A stretch of 64,000 bases of DNA, from the NCBI GenBank assembly GCA_017557605.1, contig JAFYYJ010000049.1:4664-68663 (forward strand). The letters run 5' to 3'. Positions within the stretch are counted from its first letter, which is position 1; every line of letters begins with the position of its first letter. Under the pieces are notes generated by a model that did no database searches, was not told the origin of the DNA, and saw only the letters and a program-made list of their open reading frames with translations. The position numbers and the translations under genes are program-made. The stretch comes from Salinivirgaceae bacterium. Lineage in GTDB: Bacteria; Bacteroidota; Bacteroidia; Bacteroidales; SZUA-534. This document shows, piece by piece, positions 56,705-64,000 of the stretch.

Positions 56705-57112
56705 TCAATTACGTGGAAACGAGCGGATTAATGTGATTGCTGCGTTTATCTCATCGGCATCGTTGAACCATTCTGACGAACTTGCTTCGCTTGCAACCAT
56801 TTCGTTTTCAACCGATGAGTTTTCCACTACTTGTTGTGTATCGATGTTTGAATCTATCAATTGAGTTTCATCTTCATTAGCAATTGGGGATTCAGTAACA
56901 TCCTCACTCTCTTGTGTTCGAGTATCATCAAGTCTCTCTCCACAATATGGGCAAACATCAGCGTTGCTGTCGATTTCTTCACCGCAAAACGGGCAAACTT
57001 TTTTTTCGACGGCAATTTCTTCGGATTCAAGTTGCTCGCCGCAAATTGGGCAAACCACAGCGTTGCTGTCAATTTCCTCGCCGCAATATGGACATTGTTT
57101 GTTTTGGCTCAT
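56705..57112 (-). CDS. soluble double zinc-ribbon protein with an acidic C-terminal tail
   Basis: 135 aa. The two ribbons CPYCGEEIDSNAVVCPICGEQL and CPFCGEEIDSNADVCPYCGERL reflect a 99-nt internal duplication (gcgttgctgt at 56961 and 57060). There is no TM segment. Confidence 0.75.
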   Translation of the reverse strand: MSQNKQCPYCGEEIDSNAVVCPICGEQLESEEIAVEKKVCPFCGEEIDSNADVCPYCGERLDDTRTQESEDVTESPIANEDETQLIDSNIDTQQVVENSSVENEMVASEASSSEWFNDADEINAAITLIRSFPRN

Positions 57113-57115
57113 ATC

Positions 57116-58084
57116 CTAATCTCTTAACAATTCGCCCATCGAGAACGAACCTGATATTTCCTGTATCTCAATCTGCCCACGCAAAATGGCGAAGAAAAAC
57201 TCACGTATGTTTTCATAAGTCAAAGGTTTAGTCGTTCCGTCAGCCGACGGACCAAGGTCGTACGCTTTAAGCAATTGTGTCCCTAATGCAGCTGCCGTTA
57301 GCAGAAAATGATTTTGGAATTTGTCAACGTCAAGCATATCGGCTGCCAAAACTTTTCCGACAACAGTATATGAATAATATGATTTCTGCGTATTTTCATC
57401 GGTCAGGCTTGTCTTAACGTTATCAGCATCAATATTCATCGGTATTCTACCTGATTCGGGTGCTTGTTGGTTACCTTTGAACAGACCGCCAAGGTCGGCA
57501 AGTGAAAGATTGAAGAATTTAGTGTCGGCGGCGACAATCATTCTTTCCTGTGAAAAGGCAGTCGGTAAGAGAAGTTGAATGATTCCGCTTGAGTTTACCG
57601 ATGGTGCGTTGAATGTGCCTATAATGCAATCTTTCAACTCGATTGTATTGGTGGCAAACACACCGCCAATTACAACGCAGTTGTCTAATACAACATCATC
57701 GGCATACACGCTGCCAGCCACAAATGCGTTTGTGAGCGTAACTTCTTTTGCGTTAACATCAGAGCAGAACGACACAGCAGCATTCATTGCCCTTGATGTT
57801 ACGCTTTTGGCTGACGCTACTGATTTCAAGAAACTTACAGTTCCTTCAGCACTTGAATTGACATATATTTCCTGTTGTGCGAAAACCGCGCCTTTTATCT
57901 CAACATTGCCACTTTCAACAGTGATTTTGTTGGCATAAACGGCACCTTCAACAATGGTGTCTTTCTGAATGGTTACTGTTCGCGACAGTTCCGTAATCTT
58001 TTCGGGAAGTATTCCGCTTTTAACAAGGTTTCCGTTAAGTTTAAGGTCGTTCCCATTTACTCTTATTTCTTTTAGCCCGTCCAT
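57116..58084 (-). CDS. bactofilin-like beta-helix protein with an unassigned C-terminal domain
   Basis: ATG 58084 is preferred; the track start at 58096 is TTG. Residues ~45-165 show repeated short beta-rungs (IVEGAVYANKITVESGNVEIKGAVFAQQEIYV...VAGSVYADDVVLDNCVVIGGVFATNTIELKDCIIG). Confidence 0.6.
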   Translation of the reverse strand: MDGLKEIRVNGNDLKLNGNLVKSGILPEKITELSRTVTIQKDTIVEGAVYANKITVESGNVEIKGAVFAQQEIYVNSSAEGTVSFLKSVASAKSVTSRAMNAAVSFCSDVNAKEVTLTNAFVAGSVYADDVVLDNCVVIGGVFATNTIELKDCIIGTFNAPSVNSSGIIQLLLPTAFSQERMIVAADTKFFNLSLADLGGLFKGNQQAPESGRIPMNIDADNVKTSLTDENTQKSYYSYTVVGKVLAADMLDVDKFQNHFLLTAAALGTQLLKAYDLGPSADGTTKPLTYENIREFFFAILRGQIEIQEISGSFSMGELLRD

Positions 58085-58088
58085 AGTG

Positions 58089-59297
58089 TTATCCAATAAA
58101 AAGTTTGCTGATAGTATTAGTTACGCGTAAGTTATGCTCGCTATTTGAGTTGTTGTATGCGCTTTGCATCATTGCATTGAAAAATTTCTTCACATTTTCT
58201 TGTTCCAAATCGCTGTGTGTCTGCGTGTTGTTCGACAAAAACACATTGTCGGCAACACCTTGCACCACTTGCTCTGGCAACTGCTTTTTGTCGTATGCGC
58301 ACAACTGATTGACAATGTTCCCCTTGTCTGTTGTTTCAAAGTAGCACACTGGCAGATAATATTCATAATCACCCGCCCTGATGCTTGTTATTGAACTCAA
58401 TTGGATAGCTTTGTCGGTTTGTTTTTGAATCGACAGGAAATCGAGTGCTTGCGTCATTGTCCGTTGCGCTCTCTTTTTGGCACTTGCCGCAAGTATTTGT
58501 GAAGTCAGAACTGAATTTTCGCTGGCAACGATTGACGATACTTCTGCCGAGCCTGTATCAAGCATTCGTTTACTCGAATTGTCAACCAAGGCCGACATTT
58601 TGAATATTGGCTCATCAATCGCTTTCACTCTGTTTTCGAGTTCTTTATTGAGGTCGGTTATTGTTTTGGTATATCTCGCTTTTACTCGTTGATATTCGCT
58701 TTCCATCTGCTCTTTCAAAGCAACCAGCCGTTTTTTCTGCTCGTGCAGATGCATAAGCCTTGACTCAACGCGCTGGCTCAATTCAAGGATTTTTGTGCTG
58801 ATTTCGGATTGCACATTCTTGAAAAAGCCTGTGATTATGGTTGATGCTACTTGTCTTGAATTTGCGGTTATCGAAGCCACTTGCGCGGCTTCGGTAGCGG
58901 CGACACTGCCCGTCAGCAAGTTTATATTATTGTTGCACCCCGATATGCTATTGTCGAAAGGATTAGTGTCAACATCAATGTTTACCTCAACAGTTTCCTC
59001 GTGAGAAAGGTCGTGATTGTCAGATTCTCCTTCATAACCAATGTCGATATGGCTCTTATCGCCATTGAAATTGATTTTAATAGAGCCTTGCCTTAAAGTT
59101 AAGAAATCTCGTATATCGGTTCTCACAACCTCAACATGGTCATAATCTAAATCAGGAATGGTATGACCATTCTTGTCCAGAATAAAGTAAGACCCTGGGC
59201 GAAGCACGATTCTATCCTTTATCCTTACTAAAGGTTCTTCAACCTCAACATTCAGCGGAATATTGATGTTTTTCTCAAATTGTTCTGTGTAACTCAT
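58089..59297 (-). CDS. hypothetical coiled-coil protein, paralog B (402 aa, extra N-terminal domain)
   Basis: ATG 59297 is preferred; the track start at 59345 is GTG and overlaps the upstream gene. The core aligns with 59308..60222 (GFF..VQSEISTKI...RVESRLMHLHEQKKRLVALKEQMESEYQRVKARY..TITDLNKELENRVKAIDEPIF). Confidence 0.7.
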   Translation of the reverse strand: MSYTEQFEKNINIPLNVEVEEPLVRIKDRIVLRPGSYFILDKNGHTIPDLDYDHVEVVRTDIRDFLTLRQGSIKINFNGDKSHIDIGYEGESDNHDLSHEETVEVNIDVDTNPFDNSISGCNNNINLLTGSVAATEAAQVASITANSRQVASTIITGFFKNVQSEISTKILELSQRVESRLMHLHEQKKRLVALKEQMESEYQRVKARYTKTITDLNKELENRVKAIDEPIFKMSALVDNSSKRMLDTGSAEVSSIVASENSVLTSQILAASAKKRAQRTMTQALDFLSIQKQTDKAIQLSSITSIRAGDYEYYLPVCYFETTDKGNIVNQLCAYDKKQLPEQVVQGVADNVFLSNNTQTHSDLEQENVKKFFNAMMQSAYNNSNSEHNLRVTNTISKLFIG

Positions 59298-59307
59298 AGC
59301 CGTACAA

Positions 59308-60222
59308 TTAGAGAGTTTGCATTTGTGAGTTCTCGAACAAGGCACTTGTCATTTCCCGCACTCTTTCAGAAGTCTCGCTTGCGGCAACAAGTTTTGAAAA
59401 TTCCTGACGCACAATGTCATTTGTGCCTGAATCAACCCAATTAAGGTCTGATGCCATTTCGTATATCCGACTGTTTATTTCTTTAACATTCTGGCTTGTA
59501 GTGTTTTCTGGAACAAACGCTTCGTATGCTGTATTCCCTCGGTTGTCTATTTGTGATTCGATAATGGCAACAGGCAGATGTTCAACGCCTTCCGAACTCT
59601 TAATGCTGCGAAGCAATATCTTTTCAGATATTATTTTCTGCTCATTCATCTGCCGCAAAAAATCCTTTGTCGATTCTATAACTTTTGTGCTGTTATATTT
59701 CATATTCGACATTGCAATTTGCTGGCTCGCAGTAATATTTTCAGCTTGGCATATTGGCACGATGGCCGACAAATGCTGATTACGTCCGAAATTGCAAGCC
59801 ACATCGCGTGTGGCAAAATTGAATATCGGTCGGTCGAGTTCCATCACACGTTGTTTCAGAGCTTTGTTCAACCCTGTAATAATGCGCATATATCGAGCTA
59901 CTATCATTTCGTAGTTGTGTTCCATTGCCGTCTTTACTGCGACAAGCCTCTTCTTTTGTGCTACAAGTTCCATCAAAAGCGAATCGACACGGCTCTGGTG
60001 GGCTGCTATTTTCTGCGAAATCTGCGAATGCATCAGCGAGAAGAATCCCAAGTTCACGTTTTTGCACACGTGGTCCGCACCTTCCTTTTCTGCTAACACC
60101 ACTGCCGACTGGAAAGTAACAACAGCCGCTGTTGTGGTTTTGACGTGCGCAGATACGGTTTCGATGCTTTCGGCCATCGGCTTGGTATCAACTACGCAAT
60201 CTATTGTATGTGTTGTGGACAT
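59308..60222 (-). CDS. hypothetical coiled-coil protein, paralog A (304 aa)
   Basis: The core is GFFSLMHSQISQKIAAHQSRVDSLLMELVAQKKRLVAVKTAMEHNYEMIVARYMRIITGLNKALKQRVMELDRPIF. I recognise no family. Confidence 0.7.
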   Translation of the reverse strand: MSTTHTIDCVVDTKPMAESIETVSAHVKTTTAAVVTFQSAVVLAEKEGADHVCKNVNLGFFSLMHSQISQKIAAHQSRVDSLLMELVAQKKRLVAVKTAMEHNYEMIVARYMRIITGLNKALKQRVMELDRPIFNFATRDVACNFGRNQHLSAIVPICQAENITASQQIAMSNMKYNSTKVIESTKDFLRQMNEQKIISEKILLRSIKSSEGVEHLPVAIIESQIDNRGNTAYEAFVPENTTSQNVKEINSRIYEMASDLNWVDSGTNDIVRQEFSKLVAASETSERVREMTSALFENSQMQTL

Positions 60223-60253
60223 AATTTCTCATTTAACTGTTATCAATCGGAAT

Positions 60254-62500
60254 TTATTTCTTGCGTTTACGTTTTTCTTCCTTTTTCTTCTCTTCAATCA
60301 GTGTGTCCATTAGATTCTGTACACTTTGTTTTTTCTCCGAATCCAATTCTATGTGGGTATCAGTTTCTTCCTGCGTCTCGTCTGCCGCAACAGTTGGTTC
60401 TTCTTGTGCATCATTTGGTGTTTCTGTCGGTTCTTCCTGTGTCTCATCTGGTGTATCTGTTGGTTCTTCCTGAACATCTTCGTTAGATTCCTCAACAAAT
60501 TTGAACCCTTCGTTGTCCAGTGTTTCCTCTTCCTCTGTATCCGCTACATTTTCCTGATTATCATCAGTATTGGCATCTTCGGCATTTTCCGCACCTTTTG
60601 CATCTTGCGTTTCGACGGCACCTTCATCTTTTGCTTCATTGTCTTCAGGTGCTCCGACAATAAACATATCGTTCAAATCCTGAAGGGCGTTATCGGCAAG
60701 TGCCGTCAGATTCAGCGACAAATCATCGAATGTGGCATCTTCAACTTTCGGCATCGGCGGCAGCTCGGAATCTTTAGCAAGCAACGGGTTAATTGATGCA
60801 AGCGGTTTACGACGTTCATCGAGTTGCGACACTTCGTTCGATGCAACGGCCACTTTGTTAGAGTATCCGTCTTGCAGTTTTGCATCGTAATACTCAACGT
60901 GACCAAATTCGGTGGCACGGTTTTCGATGTCCTCTTGCAAGCGGTCCATAAAATCATTGAAGTCGTCTTGGACAGCTTGGAATTCCGATGCTTGCAATTC
61001 AAACGAAGCCGCAGTTTCTACCGAATTATCGGCTTCTTGCACAATGGCAGAATCCAAACCACCCTCACGCTTCATTGTTTCTTCGGTCTTTTTCAATTGC
61101 GTTAGAGTGTTGAAAGCCTCAACATATTCGCTCAACGTTCTTTGCATATTGTTGATAATGTCGGCGCTTTGCTCTTGGCTCGAACGATAGAAAGCATCCA
61201 CATCCTGATGCCATTTGTTTACATAGCTTACCTTCTGGTCGTGAATTTGATTGTAAATTTTCAGACGCTCTATGCGGTTCTCGCCCATAAGATTATGAAC
61301 CACGGGCGCAACGATTTCCTCATATATCTGGTGAACACCAAATGGCACAATTGTATTGCTACCATCTTCAGCTGCCCACATATCCGACAGCAAATTGTAA
61401 CGAACCCGCGAACTTTCGCGCAGTGTAAATGGTTCGTAACCTTGAACCGAGTCGGAATAATCAAATCTTTCATTTTTGATACGTTGTATTTCCTCGGCTT
61501 CAAGAATCGGCGAATAATGGTTGTATGGTGATTTTAATAACTTAAACAACAAGTTGTTAGATTTGTTAACCATTTTGTCAGTCGATGCCAATTTCATCGA
61601 TGATATTGTTTGAATCGACCTTGCCACAGTTGAGATTAACTTTTGCAGAACATCCTCGAAATTCTGTGTTTCCGATGACAATGAATCTTTCAACTTATTG
61701 AGCTCCTGGAATTTCTTCACGCTCTGCTCATATCTTTCCTTGTCAAACACATCAATTACGGTAGCATTCTCTGGCAAGGTGTTGGTGGCATATTCCTGCA
61801 AATAATTCAAATATTCGCTGTTGTCGTGAACAAGCGGCAGGTTGACAGAGTTTGTTTCTATATCATTCATACAGAAAGCGATAGTCCGCATCGAACGGTC
61901 GAGCTGCCCCGTGTAATCGCCTTGATTGACTTCCTGAATCGAAAGCGAGTATTGGTCGGTTTCAATTGTTTCTGGCTCGTTTGATGTCTCAACAACAGGC
62001 ACATTTTCCGACAGATAATTAAGTTGAGAAATGGCGTTGGCTAACAATTCATTCTGCCGCGACATTTGCAGCGTTACCTGACTTTGTGCCACGTTGCCCG
62101 AATAATCGACAATGAAACTGTTGTCGTCATACTTTATTTGTTCTGCAACAGGCACGTAGGCAACACCCATTTTGGTGACTTTGTAGTCACGGAATATGTT
62201 TTGGTGTTTGGTTTTCTCCTCGTCAATCTTTTGGTCGATTGCCGCAATCTGCTTTGTGTATTGGCTCTTTTTAACCCAATACATAAAGAATGCCACAATT
62301 GTGAGAAGCCATTTCCACGAAGCGGAACGCGCTTGTTCCACAACCGCCTTGTCCTCTTCCAATTCTTCGATTCTTTTTTCAATCTTCTCTTCCTCTGCCA
62401 CTATGCGCTCTGCGGCTTGCTGGTAATAGTTGAAGAGAATTTTGGCCTCGTCTTGATAAATATTACTCGACTCCTTAAAAATTTTACCTGTTGCTGGCAT
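60254..62500 (-). CDS. 748-aa single-pass membrane protein with an N-terminal coiled coil, a large unassigned domain and an acidic repeat tail
   Basis: The ATG start was checked. The TM segment is WKWLLTIVAFFMYWV (about aa 62-76). The C-terminus has QEEPTxTP repeats and ends EEKKKEEKRKRKK. Confidence 0.75.
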   Translation of the reverse strand: MPATGKIFKESSNIYQDEAKILFNYYQQAAERIVAEEEKIEKRIEELEEDKAVVEQARSASWKWLLTIVAFFMYWVKKSQYTKQIAAIDQKIDEEKTKHQNIFRDYKVTKMGVAYVPVAEQIKYDDNSFIVDYSGNVAQSQVTLQMSRQNELLANAISQLNYLSENVPVVETSNEPETIETDQYSLSIQEVNQGDYTGQLDRSMRTIAFCMNDIETNSVNLPLVHDNSEYLNYLQEYATNTLPENATVIDVFDKERYEQSVKKFQELNKLKDSLSSETQNFEDVLQKLISTVARSIQTISSMKLASTDKMVNKSNNLLFKLLKSPYNHYSPILEAEEIQRIKNERFDYSDSVQGYEPFTLRESSRVRYNLLSDMWAAEDGSNTIVPFGVHQIYEEIVAPVVHNLMGENRIERLKIYNQIHDQKVSYVNKWHQDVDAFYRSSQEQSADIINNMQRTLSEYVEAFNTLTQLKKTEETMKREGGLDSAIVQEADNSVETAASFELQASEFQAVQDDFNDFMDRLQEDIENRATEFGHVEYYDAKLQDGYSNKVAVASNEVSQLDERRKPLASINPLLAKDSELPPMPKVEDATFDDLSLNLTALADNALQDLNDMFIVGAPEDNEAKDEGAVETQDAKGAENAEDANTDDNQENVADTEEEETLDNEGFKFVEESNEDVQEEPTDTPDETQEEPTETPNDAQEEPTVAADETQEETDTHIELDSEKKQSVQNLMDTLIEEKKKEEKRKRKK
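60393..60480 (-). repeat. imperfect 33-nt in-frame tandem repeat (about 3 copies) encoding the acidic QEEPTxTPxxx tail
   Basis: The units start at 60393, 60426 and 60459 (gttggttcttc.tgtg.atcat.tggtgt.tct). Confidence 0.6.
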
Positions 62501-62515
62501 ATCATTGGGTATTTA

Positions 62516-63232
62516 TTAGTTATACATTTTTTTGCGGTTCTCAACTATATGTTTGAGCAAACCTATCTGTTTGGCTATGTTTGTCTCGTTTGCTTTGTAA
62601 TTGTAAAAAGCGGCGGTCACTTCATCGGCTTTTTCCACAAAACTCTTCTCGATTTCGTGTGCGGCATCGGTTCTCAATGGCGATATGAAACGGATGTCGC
62701 GTTGTAAGCCTTCAATCATATTTCTGATGCTTGGGTCAACACCTTCGGTGATGAATGCCGAATCTTGCAGTCTTTGTGCTGCATTTTTCATTTCGGTTAG
62801 ATACTCGGTTTGCTGTTGCTTGCTCTTGCCAACATTCCTAACCTGTTCGGCTGCCGAATAACTGAAATATTGGAACAGAACCAAGAAAAAGATAAGTATG
62901 CCGTGTATAAGAAGTTGGTATTTGATGCTTACTGGCGATATGAACGGCAAATAATTCATAAACAGTACAAGCGCGATTGCCACAATCGAGTACACATTGA
63001 GCGATACAAGGTTGATTCCCAACGAGCCTATCCACGAATCGTCTTCGTCGTTGCTGCGCTCCCATTTCACAAACAGAATCCAAACGAAAGTCACGTATGC
63101 GAGTGAGCAAACTATTCCGTTCAACCACAGAATGTTATTGGGTAAATTGCCTCTGAACAACAAAAGCAGCGCAATAATCAGCACCTCGCCTAAAAGCGCT
63201 GCAAAAACCGCAAAGAATTTTCTCATATTCAT
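62516..63232 (-). CDS. four-TM membrane protein with a helical cytoplasmic C-terminal half
   Basis: 238 aa with four hydrophobic helices in the first ~125 aa and then an amphipathic helical region. Its start lies 3 nt after the stop of the SPFH gene. Confidence 0.7.
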   Translation of the reverse strand: MNMRKFFAVFAALLGEVLIIALLLLFRGNLPNNILWLNGIVCSLAYVTFVWILFVKWERSNDEDDSWIGSLGINLVSLNVYSIVAIALVLFMNYLPFISPVSIKYQLLIHGILIFFLVLFQYFSYSAAEQVRNVGKSKQQQTEYLTEMKNAAQRLQDSAFITEGVDPSIRNMIEGLQRDIRFISPLRTDAAHEIEKSFVEKADEVTAAFYNYKANETNIAKQIGLLKHIVENRKKMYN

Positions 63233-63235
63233 AAC

Positions 63236-64000
63236 TTATTGACGTTTAAAACCACACGAAGGACAAAAAACGGCTGTCGGTTGAAGTCTAACACCACAAC
63301 GCGGACACACATTAGGGTCGGCAGTTGCCACAGGCGTGCCGCAGACACTGCAAAAAGCGGCTCCTGCGGCTAATGGCGTTCCACAATTACTGCAAGTACT
63401 TGCGGTTGCACCAGCATCGGTATTGCCTAACTGTGCCCCACAACTCACACATCTTTTTGCATTTTTCCTATTATCGGCTCCACAACGTGGACAAGGGTTG
63501 TATTCCGTCCCGCAGTTGGGGCAGAACCGTTCTGTCGATAATCTTTTCTTTGAACAATTTGAACAGAAGATTGTTTTGGGCTTGTTGTTTTGCTGCGCTG
63601 CCGCTGCCATTCCTTGCTGCCCAACATTCTGCGCTCCGCCTTGTGCGCCAAACGGTTGATTGTATTGTGGTTGAATCAATCCGCCACCCATCGAGCCCTG
63701 CATATTGTTCATCATATTCAGCGCCATCAAACTACCTAAAAGACCACCTCCACCTTGATTGCCCATTTCTCCAATTTTATCAAGGGCTTTATCGTATAAA
63801 TCAAAGGCTCGTTCTTGTTGATAAGTGTGGCCTTTAAGTTTATATTTCGTTTGTTCGGCAAAACTCTGGCGAATGTCTTTTCCGAGTTCTGTAGACTCGT
63901 CAATTTCAATATTTGTAATACGGAATAATAGCATTTTTATGCCGTATTCTTCCCAAAAATCCGAAACGCAATCCTTCAAATAATTTGACAATGGTATTAA
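63236..64000 (-). CDS. SPFH/Band-7 (YdjI-type, 'virion core protein-like') protein fused to four zinc ribbons; N-terminus outside the window
   Basis: The ORF is open to the window edge; the track start at 63991 is only an internal TTG. The end of an SPFH-like domain (FWEEYGIKMLLFRITNIEIDES..LGKDIRQ) is followed by a Gly/Gln/Met-rich linker and then 4x CxxC-N11-13-CxxC. Confidence 0.6.
   Translation of the reverse strand, partial: LIPLSNYLKDCVSDFWEEYGIKMLLFRITNIEIDESTELGKDIRQSFAEQTKYKLKGHTYQQERAFDLYDKALDKIGEMGNQGGGGLLGSLMALNMMNNMQGSMGGGLIQPQYNQPFGAQGGAQNVGQQGMAAAAQQNNKPKTIFCSNCSKKRLSTERFCPNCGTEYNPCPRCGADNRKNAKRCVSCGAQLGNTDAGATASTCSNCGTPLAAGAAFCSVCGTPVATADPNVCPRCGVRLQPTAVFCPSCGFKRQ

Noticed and set aside
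54606-64000. Calling the TA pair plus operon region a mobile element or prophage.
   Set aside because: No integrase, transposase, terminal repeats, tRNA target or phage structural hallmark is visible in the window. The 'virion core protein-like' label of YdjI-type SPFH proteins is only a historical family name. The region is kept as a possible accessory island.
1-64000. A search by eye for tRNA, rRNA, tmRNA and CRISPR arrays in all gaps longer than 100 bp (8690-9146, 13150-13306, 16049-16171, 32675-32778, 42076-42174, 45827-46062, 51227-51393, 55217-55347).
   Set aside because: No cloverleaf-compatible GTTC..A/TGGT motifs and no regularly spaced repeats were seen. tRNAscan-SE or Infernal would be the decisive check.

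Overview
This is a 64-kb chromosomal segment that looks like a Bacteroidota (Bacteroidales-like) genome. Supporting signs are lipoprotein and OM-barrel signal peptides, TonB-dependent receptor and OmpA/TPR proteins, TAnnTTTG -7 promoter elements and no Shine-Dalgarno dependence. I support about 55 protein-coding genes and saw no rRNA, tRNA, CRISPR array, transposase or integrase. Positions 1-54.5 kb are mostly housekeeping, envelope and signalling genes. They include dTDP-rhamnose genes (rmlA fragment, rmlC, rmlB) and a FadL-like OM barrel co-transcribed with a Tyr/Trp/His-rich and Ser-rich tandem-repeat lipoprotein. They also include proS, an orphan vsr, a NUDIX hydrolase, glycogen genes (GH13 amylase-like, glgB, later malQ with CBM20) and a soluble cNMP-binding histidine kinase. 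Further genes are a GH16-like protein lacking the catalytic acid/base Glu, fmt, a GH73/LysM hydrolase, trkA/trkH and two paralogous TPR/beta-propeller/OmpA proteins. A YfiR-like/hybrid-HK/STAS block follows, then an AmgK-like kinase fused to a RapZ C-terminal domain next to a MurU-like transferase. The rest comprises Fe-ADH, a TonB-dependent receptor, DsbD, a 7TMR-DISM PP2C phosphatase, xseB, an LpxL-type acyltransferase, trxB, a putative porin with an 1151-aa TPR protein, an ftsE-like ATPase, a flavodoxin-like lipoprotein, a SIMPL protein and an orphan LytTR regulator. Positions 54.6-55.2 kb hold a PIN/VapC toxin-antitoxin pair. The main candidate for a new system is 55.3-64.0 kb, which runs off the window edge. 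It is a tightly packed minus-strand operon of at least 8 genes. The genes encode a YdjI-type SPFH protein with four zinc ribbons, a 4-TM protein, a 748-aa single-TM coiled-coil protein, two paralogous coiled-coil proteins, a bactofilin-like beta-helix protein, a double zinc-ribbon protein and a zinc-ribbon-TM-SH3b-SPOR protein. I recognise no enzymatic domain in any of them. All family assignments come from motif recognition by eye and no searches were run.
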